A DNA stretch of 64,000 nt from an uncultured bacterium (GTDB lineage Bacteria > Patescibacteriota > Minisyncoccia > Phycocordibacterales > UBA9973): assembly GCA_903894565.1 (NCBI GenBank), contig CAITQP010000011.1:70515-134514 (forward strand), given 5' to 3'. Made by a program: the position numbers and the translations under genes. Within the stretch, counting starts at the first letter, position 1. The number at the start of each line of letters is the position of its first letter. Under the pieces are notes generated by a model, which was not told where the DNA came from, did not search any database, and was given only the letters and a program-made list of their open reading frames with translations. Below, in pieces: positions 59,371 through 64,000 of the stretch.

Positions 59371-59510
59371 TAAGGAGAAGAATAAAAAAAATACTCTTCA
59401 CCCGACAGGTAAGAGTACGACGTGTATCTTCCTTTCGGAATTTGGATGAAGCACCTTGCACTCGGGTAGGTTGCTGGTGGGTCATTGAGCCAAATCTCTC
59501 GCCACACTCT
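59371..59510 (-). promoter_or_regulatory. SAM-I (S-box) riboswitch with intrinsic terminator, leader of metK
   Basis: Minus-strand sequence UGUAUCAAGAGUGUGGCGAGAGAUUUGGCUCAAUGACCCACCAGCAACC...AAGGUGCUUCAUCC..UUCCGAAAGGAAGAUACA matches the SAM-I P1-P4 core. It is followed by the UACUCUU/AAGAGUA hairpin plus U9. Confidence 0.75.
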
Positions 59511-59682
59511 TGATACAAACGATATTCAGTTGTATTGACACATTACCAGAACTCTCCTAAAAAAGCAAAAGCCCGACGCAGATAGGCTACGTCGGGACTC
59601 TTACTTTTTGTCGACCACTTATACATGTATTATACCTATATGTCTATACGATATCAAGCAAGCAGACTGTGGATTTTGTTTT

Positions 59683-60129
59683 CTAGATGCGATATTTTTT
59701 TCCGCGCCACTTGTCAGCGACTTTGACACGAGTGAGTGAGCGTTCAAGTTCACTTGCAAAGTGTTCGAAGTCTACAACCTCGCCATTCTCTTTCATCTTT
59801 TTCAATTCATCTGCACGAGCTTGTGCAGCACGAACTGCATCTTCAGAAATTTCTTTGACGTGTTCTGCGAAATCTGCGAGTACGGCGACTTCAGTCACAC
59901 CGCTAACGCCTTTGACTTCGATGAAGCCACCGGAGACTGCCATTGGTACAACGTCCTCGCCGTGACGGGCGACGATATCTCCTGAAGCGAGTCCAGACAC
60001 GAGCGGAATGTGATGTGGAAGAATGGTGATTTCACCTTCGGTGGTAGGAATTGTTACAGAATCTACCATTTCTTCAAGCACCGTTTTCTCGGGCGTGATT
60101 ATTTTGAGTTTTATTTGATTACTTGACAT
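59683..60129 (-). CDS. atpC: F0F1 ATP synthase epsilon subunit
   Basis: N-terminal beta-sandwich IKLKIITPEKTVLEEMVDSVTIPTTEGEITILPHHIPL plus C-terminal helices. Confidence 0.85.
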   Translation of the reverse strand: MSSNQIKLKIITPEKTVLEEMVDSVTIPTTEGEITILPHHIPLVSGLASGDIVARHGEDVVPMAVSGGFIEVKGVSGVTEVAVLADFAEHVKEISEDAVRAAQARADELKKMKENGEVVDFEHFASELERSLTRVKVADKWRGKKYRI

Positions 60130-60169
60130 AAATGATATTTTAATCTATTCTACTAACAAACCCTTTTTT

Positions 60170-60310
60170 ATGATTCTAAGTATAGCCGTTCAGGGATACG
60201 AGATAAATCCCTACGTTTTGGCAATCGGACTATTTGTCCTTGCCATATGTGGAATCTTCGGTGGAAGGTTCCTTCGCTTCTTAGCGAATAAATTCAAATC
60301 CACCTAGCTC
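60170..60310 (+). CDS. possible 46-aa single-TM mini-protein antisense to the atp operon (not in ORF track)
   Basis: ATG...TAG ORF MILSIAVQGYEINPYVLAIGLFVLAICGIFGGRFLRFLANKFKST. A hairpin with T-run lies immediately downstream. Confidence 0.2.
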
Positions 60311-60347
60311 CGAGAAAAAACATTTTTTTCTCGGAGTTTTGCATTAC

Positions 60348-61721
<1,374 letters not shown>

Positions 61722-61744
61722 TTAATAATCTTATAAAAATATTG

Positions 61745-62641
61745 TTAACTGACACTTGCCATACCTGCGGAGATCTCGGAAATTTCTTGCGTGATTCCAG
61801 CTTGGCGAGCTTTGTTAAATGCTAATGTCAGGTCATCGATCATCTCTCCTGCGGCGTCACTTGCGTTCTTCATCGCAAGCATTCGAGCAGAGTGTTCACT
61901 GGCGGTCGATTCGAGAATCATCTGGTAGACACGCATGCGGGCAATCTTCTCGACAATCATACTCATGAGCGTTTCGTAATCTGGCTCGAAAGTGTAATTG
62001 ATTGTTGCCTTCGATGCGTTTTGTTTTGCTTCAGCGATTGTTTCCATCAGTTCATCTTTTTTGACAGGAAGCAGTGTCGCTATCTGTGGAGTCTGTGTGA
62101 GGGCTGAAACGAAATCCGTGTATGCGACACACACTCGATCATATCCGCCTTTTTTGTAGAGATCGAGAATATAATTGCCGATTGGATAAATATCACTGAG
62201 CTTTGGGGCATCGGCGATATCATTGAAAGATGCGATGATGTTTTGTCCGAGACGGCGGAGATTGCTCTCCCCCTTCGCACCGATAGAAATGAAGTCGAGT
62301 GTCTGACCTGCGTGTTCACGGATGAATGCGATCGTCTTGCGCGTGACTTGAGAATTGTATCCGCCACAGAGTGAGCGATTTGATGTTACGAGCACGACGA
62401 GAATTTTTTCTTTCGTCTTGTCAGTACCTGCGCCCGCGATGAGTGGATTCTGTGTTTCAGAAACGTACTCTGCGAGTGACTGCAAAACTTCCCATGAGTA
62501 GCCGGCATAAGCTCGCGAAGCGAGCGTCGCAGATATTGCGCGCTTCATCTTAGACGCCGAGACGAGTTCCATCGCCTTGGTGATCTTTTTCGTGTTTTTG
62601 ATCGATTTGATTCGACGTTTGAGTTCTTTTCCAGCTGCCAT
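61745..62641 (-). CDS. atpG: F0F1 ATP synthase gamma subunit
   Basis: Gamma-subunit N- and C-terminal helices. ITQEISEI C-terminal motif. Confidence 0.9.
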   Translation of the reverse strand: MAAGKELKRRIKSIKNTKKITKAMELVSASKMKRAISATLASRAYAGYSWEVLQSLAEYVSETQNPLIAGAGTDKTKEKILVVLVTSNRSLCGGYNSQVTRKTIAFIREHAGQTLDFISIGAKGESNLRRLGQNIIASFNDIADAPKLSDIYPIGNYILDLYKKGGYDRVCVAYTDFVSALTQTPQIATLLPVKKDELMETIAEAKQNASKATINYTFEPDYETLMSMIVEKIARMRVYQMILESTASEHSARMLAMKNASDAAGEMIDDLTLAFNKARQAGITQEISEISAGMASVS

Positions 62642-62662
62642 AATATTAATTAAATAGAATTA

Positions 62663-64000
62663 CTACGCGAATACTTTTTTGAAGTCTTCGATCGCTTGTT
62701 TCAATTCTGCTTCGCCATCGTCTTCCCACATTTTTTTCTCGCGAACTTGTTTGAGGAAAGTTTTTGCATTCTGCTCAACGTATTCGACAAGTCCTTTTTC
62801 AAACTCGCCAATCTTCGCGACAGGAATACTGTCGAGATATCCCTTCACGAGCGCGTAGAGCGCAACGATCTGGTGCTCAACGAGCATTGGTGAGTACTGT
62901 GGCTGTTTCAAAAGTTCAACTGCGCGCTTTCCGCGTTCGAGCTGAGACTTGGTTGCTTCGTCGAGGTCGCTACCGAATTGACTGAACGCTTCGAGTTCAC
63001 GGAATTGTGCGAGGTCGAGCTTGATAGTTCCAGCGACTTTCTTCATTCCCTTGATCTGTGCTGATCCTCCCACGCGAGACACGGAGAGACCGACGTTGAT
63101 GGCTGGGCGGATACCCTTGTAAAAGAGATCAGTTTCCAAGAAGATTTGTCCGTCTGTAATCGAAATCACGTTGGTTGGAATGTATGCGGACACGTCACCA
63201 CCTTGTGTCTCGATGATTGGAAGTGCGGTGATTGATCCACCACCGTAATCTTTGTTCTTGCGACACGCACGCTCAAGGAGACGTGAGTGCAAGTAGAAGA
63301 CGTCTCCAGGATATGCTTCGCGACCTGGTGGACGGCGGAGCAAGAGCGAGATTTCGCGGTACGCGACAGCGTGCTTTGAAAGATCATCGTAGACGATCAA
63401 AACATCCTGACCTTTGTCCATGAAATATTCGGCAATAGAAACTCCAGCGTATGGTGCAATGTATGCAAGCGCTGCAGGATCTGATGCACCAGCTGAAACA
63501 ATGACAGTGTAATCCATCGCGCCACCTTCGCGGAGACGAGTTTCGAGTTTGCGGAGTTTTGAATCCTTCTGACCAATTGAAACGTACACACAGATCATGT
63601 TCTGACCTTTCTGGTTGAGGATGGTGTCGATTGCGATTGCAGTCTTTCCAGTCTGGCGGTCACCGATGATGAGCTCACGCTGTCCACGACCAATTGGTAC
63701 GAGGGCGTCGATCGCTTTTATACCGGTCTGCATTGGCTGGTCGACACCCTGACGAGTGATCACACCTGAAGCAACGCGCTCGATTGGGTATGTTGCTGAA
63801 GCCTTCACTGCACCCATGCCATCGATTGGCTTGCCGAGCACGTCAACAGTGCGTCCGACGAGAGCCTCGCCGACTCCGATTTCAAGAATTTTTCCTGTCG
63901 CTTTGACTTCGTCACCCTCTTTGATAGTTGCGTAGTCACCAAGCACAATGATACCGACAGAGTCTTCTTCGAGGTTGAGCGCAACACCCATTACTCCTGA
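62663..64000 (-). CDS. atpA: F0F1 ATP synthase alpha subunit, N-terminus beyond window
   Basis: GDRQTGKTA Walker A and a full C-terminal domain. The ORF runs to the window edge and about 60 N-terminal residues are missing. Confidence 0.92.
   Translation of the reverse strand, partial: SGVMGVALNLEEDSVGIIVLGDYATIKEGDEVKATGKILEIGVGEALVGRTVDVLGKPIDGMGAVKASATYPIERVASGVITRQGVDQPMQTGIKAIDALVPIGRGQRELIIGDRQTGKTAIAIDTILNQKGQNMICVYVSIGQKDSKLRKLETRLREGGAMDYTVIVSAGASDPAALAYIAPYAGVSIAEYFMDKGQDVLIVYDDLSKHAVAYREISLLLRRPPGREAYPGDVFYLHSRLLERACRKNKDYGGGSITALPIIETQGGDVSAYIPTNVISITDGQIFLETDLFYKGIRPAINVGLSVSRVGGSAQIKGMKKVAGTIKLDLAQFRELEAFSQFGSDLDEATKSQLERGKRAVELLKQPQYSPMLVEHQIVALYALVKGYLDSIPVAKIGEFEKGLVEYVEQNAKTFLKQVREKKMWEDDGEAELKQAIEDFKKVFA

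Noticed and set aside
59352-59507. N-terminal 52 codons of the 399-aa ORF 58308-59507
   Set aside because: The sequence is a SAM-I riboswitch plus terminator on the same strand. MetK homology begins at MYIPKK (59351), so the open frame through the leader is fortuitous.

Overview
This 64-kb window is almost entirely housekeeping genes, densely packed, from a small, moderately AT-rich bacterial genome (about 43-46% GC by eye). I saw no rRNA, tRNA, CRISPR array, transposase or integrase. The gene set (solitary gatB, short non-discriminating-type aspS, reduced cell-wall cluster, many small hypothetical membrane proteins, weak or absent Shine-Dalgarno sequences, near-leaderless starts) would fit a Patescibacteria/CPR-like organism, though that is inference only.

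Recognisable content:
- **Translation:** cysS, trpS, aspS, gltX, gatB, rplU, rpmA, rplI, an ABC-F ATPase, a CsaA-like tRNA-binding protein, rsmI and a pseudouridine synthase.
- **Replication and repair:** dnaB, recR, scpAB.
- **Cell envelope:** mltG, a D-Ala-D-Ala carboxypeptidase, murE-mraY-ftsW-murG, M23 and M15 peptidases, an S41 protease and a CAP-domain protein.
- **Energy and methyl donor:** atpA(partial)-atpG-atpD-atpC and metK.
- **Polyamine cluster:** arginine-decarboxylase-like, deoxyhypusine-synthase-like and agmatinase genes.
- **Transporters:** NRAMP, CorA, MFS, EamA, AI-2E and a SemiSWEET.

Cis-regulatory RNAs read directly from the sequence:
- A SAM-I riboswitch with an intrinsic terminator lies upstream of metK. 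The six-frame track wrongly fuses it into a 399-aa ORF.
- A T-box leader lies upstream of aspS, with a GGGTGGCACCGCG antiterminator bulge, GAC specifier candidates and a terminator.

Unusual items:
- Two copies of a 71-nt conserved, highly structured palindromic element sit in the loops of two different terminator hairpins, after gatB and after the deoxyhypusine-synthase-like gene. They differ only by two compensatory base-pair changes.
- A low-GC block carries a standalone DUF2156 gene (the C-terminal aminoacyl-phosphatidylglycerol-synthase-type domain). It is flanked by two paralogous polytopic membrane proteins and an EamA transporter, and is followed by a small ORF and an orphan GAF histidine kinase.
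- An AT-rich, translationally coupled two-gene cassette of unknown function sits next to a second TrpR/YerC-like regulator.
- A TrpR-like gene is start/stop-overlapped with trpS.
- A perfect 16-bp-stem hairpin lies inside the mltG 5' coding region.
- There is a family of long perfect-palindrome bidirectional terminators.
- The atpD-atpC spacer is 218 bp and carries a hairpin and an antisense mini-ORF.

Many starts in the ORF track are alternative (TTG/GTG) codons upstream of the likely true ATG. I have trimmed several genes accordingly.
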